From NCBI GenBank assembly GCA_023898525.1, contig CP060227.1:493634-557633 (forward strand): a stretch of DNA of 64,000 nucleotides. Direction: 5' to 3'. The position numbers and the translations under genes were made by a program. This stretch comes from Candidatus Nomurabacteria bacterium (GTDB lineage: Bacteria; Patescibacteriota; Minisyncoccia; Phycocordibacterales; UBA918). The notes under the pieces were generated by a model. That model was given only the letters and a program-made list of their open reading frames with translations. It searched no databases and was not told where the DNA came from. Of the stretch, positions 8,915 through 16,467 are shown one piece after another. Position 1 is the stretch's first letter, and every line of letters starts with the position of its first letter.

Positions 8915-9302
8915 ACCTCAGTCTACCCCCCCCCGCGCGCGACAAATTCAACAACCTAGGTTGATTCCGGTCGTCTTGAAGTTGAAAGATACGTATCGTG
9001 TATGGCAGGAGTACCTTATATCTTTTCCTAAGCAAAACCGCTACACGCTCGGTAACAAGATTGACGACGTATTTTTACTCGCCATTGAGTACTGCTTCTT
9101 AGCTAGTTACGCCAGCAAAGACACAAAGCTGATTCACCTTGAACGCTGTATATCACGGGTCGATTTATTGAAATTGTTGCTTCAACTTGCCTGGGAAATA
9201 CGCGCTCTTGATACCAAGAAATACACGGTACTTGGTGAGCGGCTACAAGAAGTCGGTAGAATGCTTGGTGGCTGGAAGAAAGGCATTGAAAGTAAACGAT
9301 GA
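8892..9302 (+). CDS. avd: DGR accessory variability determinant (Avd), four-helix-bundle / 23S-rRNA-IVS protein family
   Basis: The C-terminus LQEVGRMLGGWKKG closely matches Bordetella phage bAvd IAEVGRILGSWIAR. The central GNKIDDVFLLAIEY..LL helices fit the family. It is divergent from the RT. The ATG at 8892 overlaps the RT start, and an alternative TTG start at 8961 is possible. Confidence 0.7.
   Translation: MSGANKNIPQSTPPRARQIQQPRLIPVVLKLKDTYRVWQEYLISFPKQNRYTLGNKIDDVFLLAIEYCFLASYASKDTKLIHLERCISRVDLLKLLLQLAWEIRALDTKKYTVLGERLQEVGRMLGGWKKGIESKR
8926..8934. repeat. Poly-C(9) tract followed by GCGCGCG in the divergent avd/RT 5' region
   Basis: The only long C/G homopolymer in the window. 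It sits 12 nt from the RT start codon, inside or just upstream of the avd 5' end. Confidence 0.6.
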
Positions 9303-9429
9303 AATGAAATTTATTCGTCCAGCAATTTCTTCTAGAAATGGAAGAAATTGGGACGTAAATTCGCAATATTCGCTTGCGCTCGTTTGCTCATTTAAAAAAC
9401 TCCCCACGTTAAGTGAGGAGAAAATGGTG

Positions 9430-9547
9430 TGTTGCTGTACCACCAACCGATGACGATTGTCGGCATTCCAGACGTTGTCGTTGTCGAAGCGGTTGACGTT
9501 AGCCTTGAGCTTGCCATCATCCACATTGACGTTGGCAACGAACAGAA
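9430..9547 (-). repeat. DGR template repeat (TR), 118 nt
   Basis: It is 102/118 identical to the VR. All 16 mismatches are plus-strand T in the TR (adenine in minus sense) against A/C/G in the VR. Minus-sense translation shows the typical AAC(Asn)-rich template VANVNVDDGKLKANVNRFDNDNVWNADNRHRLVVQQH. Confidence 0.9.
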
Positions 9548-9792
9548 ACGATATGTGAAATGCGCCATCTATACCACCAACCATTGATCATAAGTGAACA
9601 AGGTTTTGTATTTTACGCGGGACCTCAAAGTCCACCAGCGCACTTCACCAACAAACTATTTTTTAAAAGAAACTAACATGTCCACACTTTACGCAACCGT
9701 GATCACGCAAACTCCAAGATATGCTGTCTCACTCACAGACTTCCACAGCCGTAGCCGTAAAATAATATCTGTGGCTTCATAAGTATACAAAA

Positions 9793-9823
9793 GTCCCCTG
9801 AACACGCGAAGTGCCCAAGGGAC
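9793..9823 (-). other. GC-rich imperfect hairpin ~30 nt 3' of the target stop (candidate DGR target-recognition hairpin)
   Basis: GTCCCCTG...CAAGGGAC with one mismatch. Its position relative to the VR end is analogous to the BPP-1 hairpin/cruciform. Confidence 0.3.
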
Positions 9824-9850
9824 AAAGGGTCAAAGACCAAAGTGCAGAGG

Positions 9851-10438
9851 TCAAACAGTCTGTTGCTGAACCACCAACCGACGACGATCGTCGGCATTCC
9901 AGACGTTGCCGTCGTCGAAGCGGAAGACGCGAGCCTTGAGCAGGCCAACATCCACAAGGACGCGGGCAACGAACAGAACTCCGTTCACCTCAAACAAGAA
10001 GAACGTACCGTAGCCACCTTGCCGGAGTGAGTCGCGATGATTGCGACAGAACTCTACAATCTGCCCTTGCGACAGCGCAAGCTGGCGTGGATCGCCGAGC
10101 GACTCGAACAGCGTTTCGTATGTGCCGTTGCGAGTCATCTCGTGGACATCGACCGTGACCTCGTTCGTGTCTTCGCCGGAAACATCAGTACTCCAGTTCT
10201 TGAAGTCACTGTCGAGGTAGCCAGTGAAGACATCCTCAGCTTCTGCGAGCGTGACACTGCCCTGAGTAGGGGCGAGGGTGACGGTTTTGAGGCGACGAAG
10301 GTATTCACGCTTCTCTTCCAGAATCTGCTGCAAAACATCGGCAACAGATTCGGCGTCGCGCACTCCGTCAACCACCATCATGTTGATTTTTGTCTGCAAT
10401 TTAAACAGACGCTCAATCGTTTTGGTGTCATTACTCAT
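9851..10438 (-). CDS. DGR target protein (195 aa) with C-terminal variable region
   Basis: The ORF ends with the VR. It has no signal peptide and is unusually small for a DGR target. Its fold is not assignable from sequence here. Confidence 0.75.
   Translation of the reverse strand: MSNDTKTIERLFKLQTKINMMVVDGVRDAESVADVLQQILEEKREYLRRLKTVTLAPTQGSVTLAEAEDVFTGYLDSDFKNWSTDVSGEDTNEVTVDVHEMTRNGTYETLFESLGDPRQLALSQGQIVEFCRNHRDSLRQGGYGTFFLFEVNGVLFVARVLVDVGLLKARVFRFDDGNVWNADDRRRLVVQQQTV
9861..9978 (-). repeat. DGR variable repeat (VR) at the 3' end of the target gene
   Basis: See the TR entry. It encodes the C-terminal VARVLVDVGLLKARVFRFDDGNVWNADDRRRLVVQQQ of the target. Confidence 0.9.
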
Positions 10439-10622
10439 GACATTCTCCTTTCAATAAACCATTACTCATGGTCTGCCAGAGGGCCTAACTACCTTATGTA
10501 GGTTTACCATAGCTTGAAATCAACAAACTTTTGCTGACTTGAAGCTACGGTAAAAAATAAAGAACAATTTGTTAATTATAACATGGTTAACGTTTTTAGT
10601 CAAAATTACGTCCCTGAATTCT

Positions 10623-11642
10623 CACCCTAATTGCACAATCCTTTGCACCCTAATTGCACAGGTCAAGATGACATACATACTGCTTTTGTATGTCACACAA
10701 ACAAATAGGACCGGAAGACTGGCCGGTTATTTCACGTATGCTCAAAGCGGGATACTCAGGAGTGGAGATTGCGCACATTATCAACAAAGATCCAAGTGCG
10801 GTTAATAGACATATTAAAGCGTATGGTGGTCGGGATAGATACGATGCTCGCGAGGTTCGCAGAAAGAAAAAACAGGCACGTATCATTGCTATGGAAGGTA
10901 CTAGAATACTCAAAGGAGTATTATTACGAGAAGTGAAACGATTATTAAAACAACACTACTCACCGGAACAGATAGTCGGAGTACGTGATGACATCTCTGC
11001 GAGCACTATCTACCGATACATTAACGAACGAGCTCCACACCTTAAACAATTTCTTCGTTCTCAGAAAGGCAAGTATCGGCGCAAACGAGGCACCAAAATA
11101 CGTGAAAAAGTTCGTGAAAGAGCCAAGAAACGTCGTATTGATGAACGACCGCCCATTATTGAACGTCGCTCCCGTTTGGGAGATTGGGAGGGAGATACTA
11201 TGCTGGGAAGAGACAAACGAGTACGTATTGTCACCTTCGTTGATCGCAGAAGCGGGTATCTAATTGCGTATCTTCTGCCAAAATTAAATGCTACTTTACT
11301 CACTAAACTGGCGGTGGAAAAATTCAGGCGTATACCCAAAAACAAACGAAAGACCGCTACCTTTGATAACGGTACCGAGTTCAGTGACTGGGAACGGTTT
11401 GAGAAACAAACGAGTATGACTGTGTACTTTGCTTATCCATACCACTCTTGGGAGCGTGGTACCAATGAAAATACTAACGGGCTACTTCGACAATATTTTC
11501 CGAAAGACTTGGATTTCAACACCATTACTCCACAAGAACTTTCTGAAGCGGTTCGTCGTATAAATCATCGTCCTAGAAAGAGACATAATTTCAAGTCTCC
11601 ACATCAGATATTTTGGAAGTGATGGTCTGTGCAATTAGGGTG
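10623..11642 (+). mobile_element. IS30-family insertion sequence (~1 kb) with a duplicated left inverted repeat
   Basis: The left ends are CACCCTAATTGCACA at 10623-10637 and again at 10646-10661. The right end TGTGCAATTAGGGTG at 11627-11642 is their reverse complement. It encloses the transposase gene. No clean target-site duplication was found. Confidence 0.75.
10690..11622 (+). CDS. IS30-family DDE transposase (310 aa)
   Basis: An N-terminal HTH and the DWEGDTMLG...FDNGTEF...YFAYPYHSWERGTNENTNGLLRQYFPK...INHRPRK catalytic core, typical of IS30. Confidence 0.85.
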   Translation: MSHKQIGPEDWPVISRMLKAGYSGVEIAHIINKDPSAVNRHIKAYGGRDRYDAREVRRKKKQARIIAMEGTRILKGVLLREVKRLLKQHYSPEQIVGVRDDISASTIYRYINERAPHLKQFLRSQKGKYRRKRGTKIREKVRERAKKRRIDERPPIIERRSRLGDWEGDTMLGRDKRVRIVTFVDRRSGYLIAYLLPKLNATLLTKLAVEKFRRIPKNKRKTATFDNGTEFSDWERFEKQTSMTVYFAYPYHSWERGTNENTNGLLRQYFPKDLDFNTITPQELSEAVRRINHRPRKRHNFKSPHQIFWK

Positions 11643-11700
11643 GTGATTCAAGGTTCCGCTAGATTCTAGTCTGAAAAGCAACAACATCTAATTCCAGCAC

Positions 11701-11780
11701 GCTAGTGCTACTAAGCACTAGCTCTGGACACATAAAAAAAGAAGTATAGAAAAATTCTATACTTCTTTTTTTATGTGTCC
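11701..11780. repeat. Two palindromes 3' of tRNA-Leu: GCTAGTGCT-ACTA-AGCACTAGC (11701-11722) and a 26-bp-arm perfect palindrome GGACACATAAAAAAAGAAGTATAGAA-AAA-TTCTATACTTCTTTTTTTATGTGTCC (11726-11780)
   Basis: The right arm of the long palindrome overlaps the tRNA-Leu 3' acceptor strand. So a downstream inverted copy of the tRNA 3' end encloses an A/T-rich hairpin. Confidence 0.7.
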
Positions 11781-11859
11781 AGGACTGGAGTTGAACCAGC
11801 ACGGGGAAACCCCCACTACCCCCTCAAGGTAGCGCGTCTACCAATTTCGCCACCTGGAC
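11776..11859 (-). tRNA. tRNA-Leu (anticodon GAG), class II with long variable arm
   Basis: Reverse complement: GTCCAGG acceptor, anticodon stem CTACC/GGTAG with loop TTGAGGG, variable arm TGGGGGTTTCCCCGT, T loop TTCAACT, discriminator A. No CCA is encoded. Confidence 0.75.
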
Positions 11860-11885
11860 ATATTTTTAACGACCACCGGGAGTAT

Positions 11886-11910
11886 AAAAATAGAAATACT
11901 CTTGTGGTGG
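11886..11910 (-). repeat. tRNA-associated conserved motif, copy 1 (minus sense CCACCACAAGAGTATTTCTATTTTT)
   Basis: Near-identical motifs occur at 44765-44786 and 15136-15160, each next to a tRNA gene. Confidence 0.6.
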
Positions 11911-11980
11911 ACAATTGTCTTTATTTAACAAAGCCCCTGCATTATGCCTGAAAAGATAGTTCACTTCAAGCGAAGTGAGA

Positions 11981-12033
11981 CCACAATTACTGAAAAAACC
12001 AGACCGTACGGTCTGGTTTTTTCAGCAATTGTG
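11981..12033. terminator. Bidirectional terminator: near-perfect 26-bp-arm palindrome centred on AACCAGACCGTACGGTCTGGTT, flanked by A6/T6 runs
   Basis: It lies immediately downstream of the rplS stop (12042), with a single mismatch between the arms. Confidence 0.65.
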
Positions 12034-12041
12034 GTTTGAGC

Positions 12042-12680
12042 CTAACCTTTCTTTTCTTCCGCTGCCGCTTCGGCTTTTTCTGACTCATCAGCTGGAGTCT
12101 CTTCCGTTACTTCTGGAGTAGCTTCCTCGACTTTCTCCTCTACCGCTTCAGTTTCAGTTGGCTTAGCTTCCTCTTCAGCAGCTTTTGCTTCTTCCGCTGC
12201 TTTAGCCTCTGCCGCCTCCCTTTCTTCCTTTTCCTTTAGCTCAGCTTCTTCTAGTGCCTTGGCCTCTGCTGCTGCGCGAACCGCTGCTTCGGCCTCTGAT
12301 TCTGTCATTACCCCCATCATAGTAGTACGACGCATCTGACGACGAATCTCACGGGCCACCTTCTCACGAATATAATAAAGTTTTGAACGGCGAACCTTAG
12401 CTCGCTTTACAATCTCCAACTTATCAATAAGTGGAGAGTATAATGGGAAGATTTTCTCTACACCAACTCCACTAGCCACCTTACGCACGGTGAAAGTTGC
12501 TCCCGGCTCACTGCCGTGTTTGCGGGCTAGTACCAGACCCTCAAAAATCTGAATACGAGTTTTACCCTTTTCTTGAATCTTTTGGTGAACACGCACAGTA
12601 TCCCCGGCTCGGATACCAAGTTGGCTGCGTTCATCTATATTTACCGGTGAAATATTAACTCCTTTTACTGCTGTTTTCAT
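12042..12680 (-). CDS. rplS: 50S ribosomal protein L19 with ~90-aa Ala/Glu/Lys-rich C-terminal extension
   Basis: The L19 core is [54 protein letters not shown]. The tail is [34 protein letters not shown]. Confidence 0.85.
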   Translation of the reverse strand: MKTAVKGVNISPVNIDERSQLGIRAGDTVRVHQKIQEKGKTRIQIFEGLVLARKHGSEPGATFTVRKVASGVGVEKIFPLYSPLIDKLEIVKRAKVRRSKLYYIREKVAREIRRQMRRTTMMGVMTESEAEAAVRAAAEAKALEEAELKEKEEREAAEAKAAEEAKAAEEEAKPTETEAVEEKVEEATPEVTEETPADESEKAEAAAEEKKG

Positions 12681-12739
12681 ATAATAAATTAATTAGGTCT
12701 TTAGACCTTTAAGCGTGCCATAATCTACCACATACAATC

Positions 12740-13519
12740 CTACTCTGCAATATGTTCCGCCGCTATTTCAAATTCAGGCGGAATTGGTGCAATAAAGCGT
12801 TGTCTCTCTTCGTTTGGTAATACAATATCCAATATATGTGCATGCAACGCCAAACGATCCAGCTCTAAGTTATTTGATACCGTGATTTTCTTATCAGCAT
12901 ATAGCTTATCCCCGACAATTGGCCGGTCAATCGCCTTCAAGTGCACTCGCAGCTGGTGGGTGCGTCCGGTTTGCGGCATTAGTTTTAAATACGAAAAAGC
13001 CTCATCCTTGTATTCACCGACCCCAATTCGCTCAAAGTGAGTAATTGCCTCACGCAACACACCTTTAGCTCCGCGCTCGGCCGAACGCTTCTTAAAATCC
13101 TTGGCACTGCGCCCAATCGGTCGATTAATAGTTCCCCACTTATCATGAATCCGTCCGTAAACAAAGGCTCGGTACTCTTTCTTGGCCAATCGATCGTGAA
13201 ATTGGGCTTTTAGAAAAGCATGCGCTTTTTGCGTCTTCGCCAAAATCATTACCCCCGACGTCTCTCGGTCTAGGCGATGCACTATCCCCGAACGCTCAAG
13301 CTTGCTGCCGTCTGGTTTTAAGGTTTCCTCCCCCACCCCTTTGGCGCCAGGCACCTGGGACAAAAACCAATCTACCACCGTACCCTCTGGACCTGATTGC
13401 CAATCCTCGTGCACCAAAAGACCGTAGGGTTTATTAATCACCAACACTTCGTCATCTTCATAGATAATCTCCGGCACCAACTTAGTCTTAGCGACCGATT
13501 CTTCTTTCTCGCTTGGCAT
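12740..13519 (-). CDS. RluA-family pseudouridine synthase
   Basis: The catalytic HRLDRETSGVMILAKT motif. The likely start is the Met at 13519 (MPSEKEE), since the track ORF extends upstream into uppS. Confidence 0.7.
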   Translation of the reverse strand: MPSEKEESVAKTKLVPEIIYEDDEVLVINKPYGLLVHEDWQSGPEGTVVDWFLSQVPGAKGVGEETLKPDGSKLERSGIVHRLDRETSGVMILAKTQKAHAFLKAQFHDRLAKKEYRAFVYGRIHDKWGTINRPIGRSAKDFKKRSAERGAKGVLREAITHFERIGVGEYKDEAFSYLKLMPQTGRTHQLRVHLKAIDRPIVGDKLYADKKITVSNNLELDRLALHAHILDIVLPNEERQRFIAPIPPEFEIAAEHIAE

Positions 13520-14174
13520 ATTCTTCCAGAATACTGGTAAATTCGGTTTTTGTAAAAGCAGGCCAGTAAGTATCAATAAAGAAAAATTCACTGTAGACAG
13601 TCTGCCATGGCAAAAAGTTAGACAACCGCTTCTCCCCACTCGTGCGAATAATAATATCAGGGTCAGGCATACCGGCAGTCCAAAGCAACTGACTAAACTG
13701 TTCTTCATTTACTTCTTGACCAACCTTGACCGCTCGATTGACGGCTTCTATAATCTCCGCTCGACCACCATAAGAAAAAGCTACCCAGACAGTAGTACTG
13801 TATTTATCAGCTGTCTCTCTTTCAACCTCAGCAATACTAGCCTGAATATCTTCCGGCAAATCATCTCGCCTGCCAACCACTCTAACATTAAACTTTCTCT
13901 CATCTGCCTCTTTACGGATCTGTGCCAAAAGCTCACGAAACAGCATCAACAAATATTCAACTTCTTCCGGGCTTCGTTTCCAGTTTTCGGTTGAAAAGGC
14001 ATAAAAAACTGCGTGCGGTATTTTCATTTCTTTCAACCAATCAGTTACTTCCAAAAACTTCTCTCGACCGGCCAAGTGACCATTAAGCGTGCTTAGCCCT
14101 CGCTCCTTAGCAAACCGCCGATTGCCATCCATAATAAAACCGACACATTCAATCCTCTCCTTACTTTTCTCCAT
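13488..14174 (-). CDS. uppS: Undecaprenyl (isoprenyl) diphosphate synthase
   Basis: IMDGNRRFAKERGL and IIRTSGEKRLSNFLPWQTVYSEFFF motifs. The start is taken at MEKSKER. Confidence 0.85.
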   Translation of the reverse strand: MEKSKERIECVGFIMDGNRRFAKERGLSTLNGHLAGREKFLEVTDWLKEMKIPHAVFYAFSTENWKRSPEEVEYLLMLFRELLAQIRKEADERKFNVRVVGRRDDLPEDIQASIAEVERETADKYSTTVWVAFSYGGRAEIIEAVNRAVKVGQEVNEEQFSQLLWTAGMPDPDIIIRTSGEKRLSNFLPWQTVYSEFFFIDTYWPAFTKTEFTSILEEYAKRERRIGR

Positions 14175-14511
14175 ATGTTCGCAAAAGAATTTTAGAAAAT
14201 GGCAACAAAGCAACCCCTACACTTCCCCATAAAATGGGGAGCCATAGTGGTAACGACAACCAGTGTTGAGTCTGATAAACCCAAGCCCCCTGCGTAACAA
14301 CTATCGCCTCTGCAGAAAAACCACACACAGCAATTACTACAAACATGATTAAAGCAGATCGTGCAAAAGAAAATTGCCACCACAAATACAATACCGATAT
14401 TAATAATCCCGAAGTCACAAACAAAGTATTAGAAAAATGAAAAGTTACCAAGTAAATTTGAATAAACGCAACTATAATTGAAGCTGTTATAGCCTTTTTT
14501 TGTTCGAACAT
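14161..14511 (-). CDS. Small polytopic membrane protein, unknown function
   Basis: Four predicted TM helices and no recognisable motif. Confidence 0.4.
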   Translation of the reverse strand: MFEQKKAITASIIVAFIQIYLVTFHFSNTLFVTSGLLISVLYLWWQFSFARSALIMFVVIAVCGFSAEAIVVTQGAWVYQTQHWLSLPLWLPILWGSVGVALLPFSKILLRTYGEK

Positions 14512-14521
14512 AATTTATATT

Positions 14522-14794
14522 TTAATTTAACACCGAAAAGTCGTCATAAGTTACACGAGCCGTCCCCCACTCAATCGCTACCCCTTCCACCTTGGCCAAC
14601 AAAGACCCCTCATGAAGGTACTCCACCAACTCTTTCAAACTATCTGGCTCACCCTGCGCCACCACCATCACCGAACCATCAAACTGGTTTTTAACATACC
14701 CCACCAAACCCAACTCACCGGCGGCGTTTTGCACATAATCACGATACCGCACCCCCTGCACCTTACCAGTCACTGTACATCTGATTTCATTCAT
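14522..14794 (-). CDS. Acylphosphatase
   Basis: The VTGKVQGVRYR signature at the N-terminus; 90 aa. Confidence 0.8.
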   Translation of the reverse strand: MNEIRCTVTGKVQGVRYRDYVQNAAGELGLVGYVKNQFDGSVMVVAQGEPDSLKELVEYLHEGSLLAKVEGVAIEWGTARVTYDDFSVLN

Positions 14795-14910
14795 AATATA
14801 AGTATTGAGTATACAATCTTTGCTGCAGATATTGAAATTATTTCAAAAAAATGTAGTATATAGCCTACTGACATCATCATCAGTAAAGACCTCAAAACAG
14901 AAGTATATAT

Positions 14911-14983
14911 GCGCGATTAGCTCAGTTGGTAGAGCAGCTCGTTTACACCGAGAAGGTCGGGAGTTCAAGTCTCTCATCGCGCA
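14911..14983 (+). tRNA. tRNA-Val (anticodon TAC)
   Basis: GCGCGAT acceptor, D arm GCTC-AGTTGGTA-GAGC, anticodon loop TTTACAC, T arm GGGAG-TTCAAGT-CTCTC, discriminator A. Confidence 0.75.
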
Positions 14984-14984
14984 C

Positions 14985-15026
14985 AATATTAAATACCACC
15001 AGCTTCTGCTGGTGGTATTTAATATT
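14985..15026 (+). terminator. Palindromic terminator AATATTAAATACCACCAGC-TTCT-GCTGGTGGTATTTAATATT directly after tRNA-Val
   Basis: A perfect 19-bp-arm palindrome. Confidence 0.6.
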
Positions 15027-15135
15027 TGTCGCCAGAGACTTGAAGGCCGGAATGTAGCGAAGCGGAATGAGGCGGGGTCGCGAGCCCAAAAAATAATAAG
15101 TTAACGAGACATTGTTTTCTTATGAGGGACGAATT

Positions 15136-15206
15136 AGAAAAAAAGAAGTACCCTTGTGGCGAGTATATTTTTTGAGGACTTGTGACCAAGTCTCTCTTCG
15201 CGCACA
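15136..15206 (+). repeat. tRNA-associated motif copy 3 (AGAAAAAAAGAAGTACCCTTGTGG) plus a degenerate copy of the tRNA-Val 3' end (CCAAGTCTCTCTTCGCGCACA)
   Basis: Compare the tRNA-Val 3' end TTCAAGTCTCTCATCGCGCACA. In addition, 15027-15050 carries a partial inverse copy (CAGAGACTTGAA). Confidence 0.5.
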
Positions 15207-15444
15207 CACGATATTAGAAAACTATTCTATATATACCTGATTGATCATAACCACCTCGTCACCAATAATTAATAACTCGAACGGATAGTGGTCACTTGGT
15301 AATGAATAGTAATAAAATGGATCAATCTTTCCAGAGTACACATCGTAGAAAGTCTCGCGGTCAACAAATTTTTCTGGATTTTGAACACTTTCAGTCTGAT
15401 AGCTAATTAGGTGTATGATTGCATTGTCGGCAATTTTAAACTTT

Positions 15445-15843
15445 TTACCACTCCAGTCTGAGTTCCTGCAACTGAAGTATCGGTATCATTTCACCTGCTA
15501 CAAGAACATTTTTCTGTTTGTATTCCTCTCCTAAAAATAATTCATATCCATTTTCACCAAACTGGACGCTTGACACTGAAGCAATAAACACATTTCCGAA
15601 GGCAAAATCATTTTCACCCTCCACTGTTTCAACCTTTACTTCTTTATCCACTTCAATAACTTTAATCTTTTCTATATTAACTACTTTTTCAGGAGCGTAA
15701 GTGTAACCAATCCAACCACCAACAAATGGCATTGCCACAAACAAAGTCAATGCAAAATATTTTGAGAATTCTGTTACCCGAAACACCGGGTGTTTTTCTT
15801 TCGACATTTCTATGGCCTCAAAATTATTTTCTTCTTGGTTCAT
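15445..15843 (-). CDS. Hypothetical membrane-anchored protein
   Basis: A single N-terminal TM (FALTLFVAMPFVGGWIGY) and no motif. Confidence 0.35.
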   Translation of the reverse strand: MNQEENNFEAIEMSKEKHPVFRVTEFSKYFALTLFVAMPFVGGWIGYTYAPEKVVNIEKIKVIEVDKEVKVETVEGENDFAFGNVFIASVSSVQFGENGYELFLGEEYKQKNVLVAGEMIPILQLQELRLEW

Positions 15844-15990
15844 AGTAAAATTGTAACATTCGTTTCTAGGAAGATTCAGGCTAAAGAAACATTTTAGGTG
15901 CTAAAAATGCTAAAGTACGGCTCTATTAAAAGCTGAACTGTTAATTATCTAAAATGACTTTTAAAAAAACGTACCAAATGCCCAAGCTGT

Positions 15991-16248
15991 GTGTCTTTAA
16001 ATACCCGAAGGGATGGTATGCAAAGTGGTAGACAACGATACCGTTGTGGTGACTGCGGTTATAGATTTCAATATAAAAAACGAACCCAAAAACTAGGTAA
16101 CAAGCTCTGGCACGAATACACCAGAGATAAACAAACCTTGCTAGAGTTAAGTAATAAGTATCAAAAGAGTCATGTCACCATCAGAAAGTATCTTTACTCC
16201 GAAGATTCTAACATCGTCTCGTATCGCGCGCCAAACAAAGATAAATGA
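15991..16248 (+). CDS. IS1595/IS1-like transposase N-terminal zinc-ribbon/HTH fragment (likely IS remnant)
   Basis: The in-frame upstream KCPSC plus QRYRCGDCGYRFQ form a C4 zinc ribbon as in Zn_Tnp_IS1595. No ATG precedes the first CxxC, and no DDE domain follows. Confidence 0.45.
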   Translation: MSLNTRRDGMQSGRQRYRCGDCGYRFQYKKRTQKLGNKLWHEYTRDKQTLLELSNKYQKSHVTIRKYLYSEDSNIVSYRAPNKDK

Positions 16249-16467
16249 ACTACCTTGGCCTAAAGGCATGTGGTAGTTCATTTCTATTTTTCGCAAACTT
16301 TACTTTACGTAATTTTCTTTACTAGAAAAGTGCAAGGTACCAGGCAAAATTCGATCAACGATCCATTCAACCAGTTAGTAACCTAATAAACGCATTGTTT
16401 AAAGTGTTATTCTTAAAGCATTATAAATTTGTATTTTTTATATACATAAATATAGGTTCATATATAT

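Noticed and set aside
9187-9584. Track ORFs 9187..9453(+), 9243..9584(-) and 9103..9366(-) overlapping the DGR template repeat
   Set aside because: They are created by the open frame of the TR, which mirrors the target C-terminus, and by its antisense. The minus ORF is just the TR read in the target frame (VANVNVDDGKLKANVNRFDNDNVW...). They are not independent genes.
10440-10622. Assigning the DGR target promoter
   Set aside because: The IS30 insertion begins 185 nt upstream of the target start and no convincing -35/-10 pair was found. I left it unassigned.
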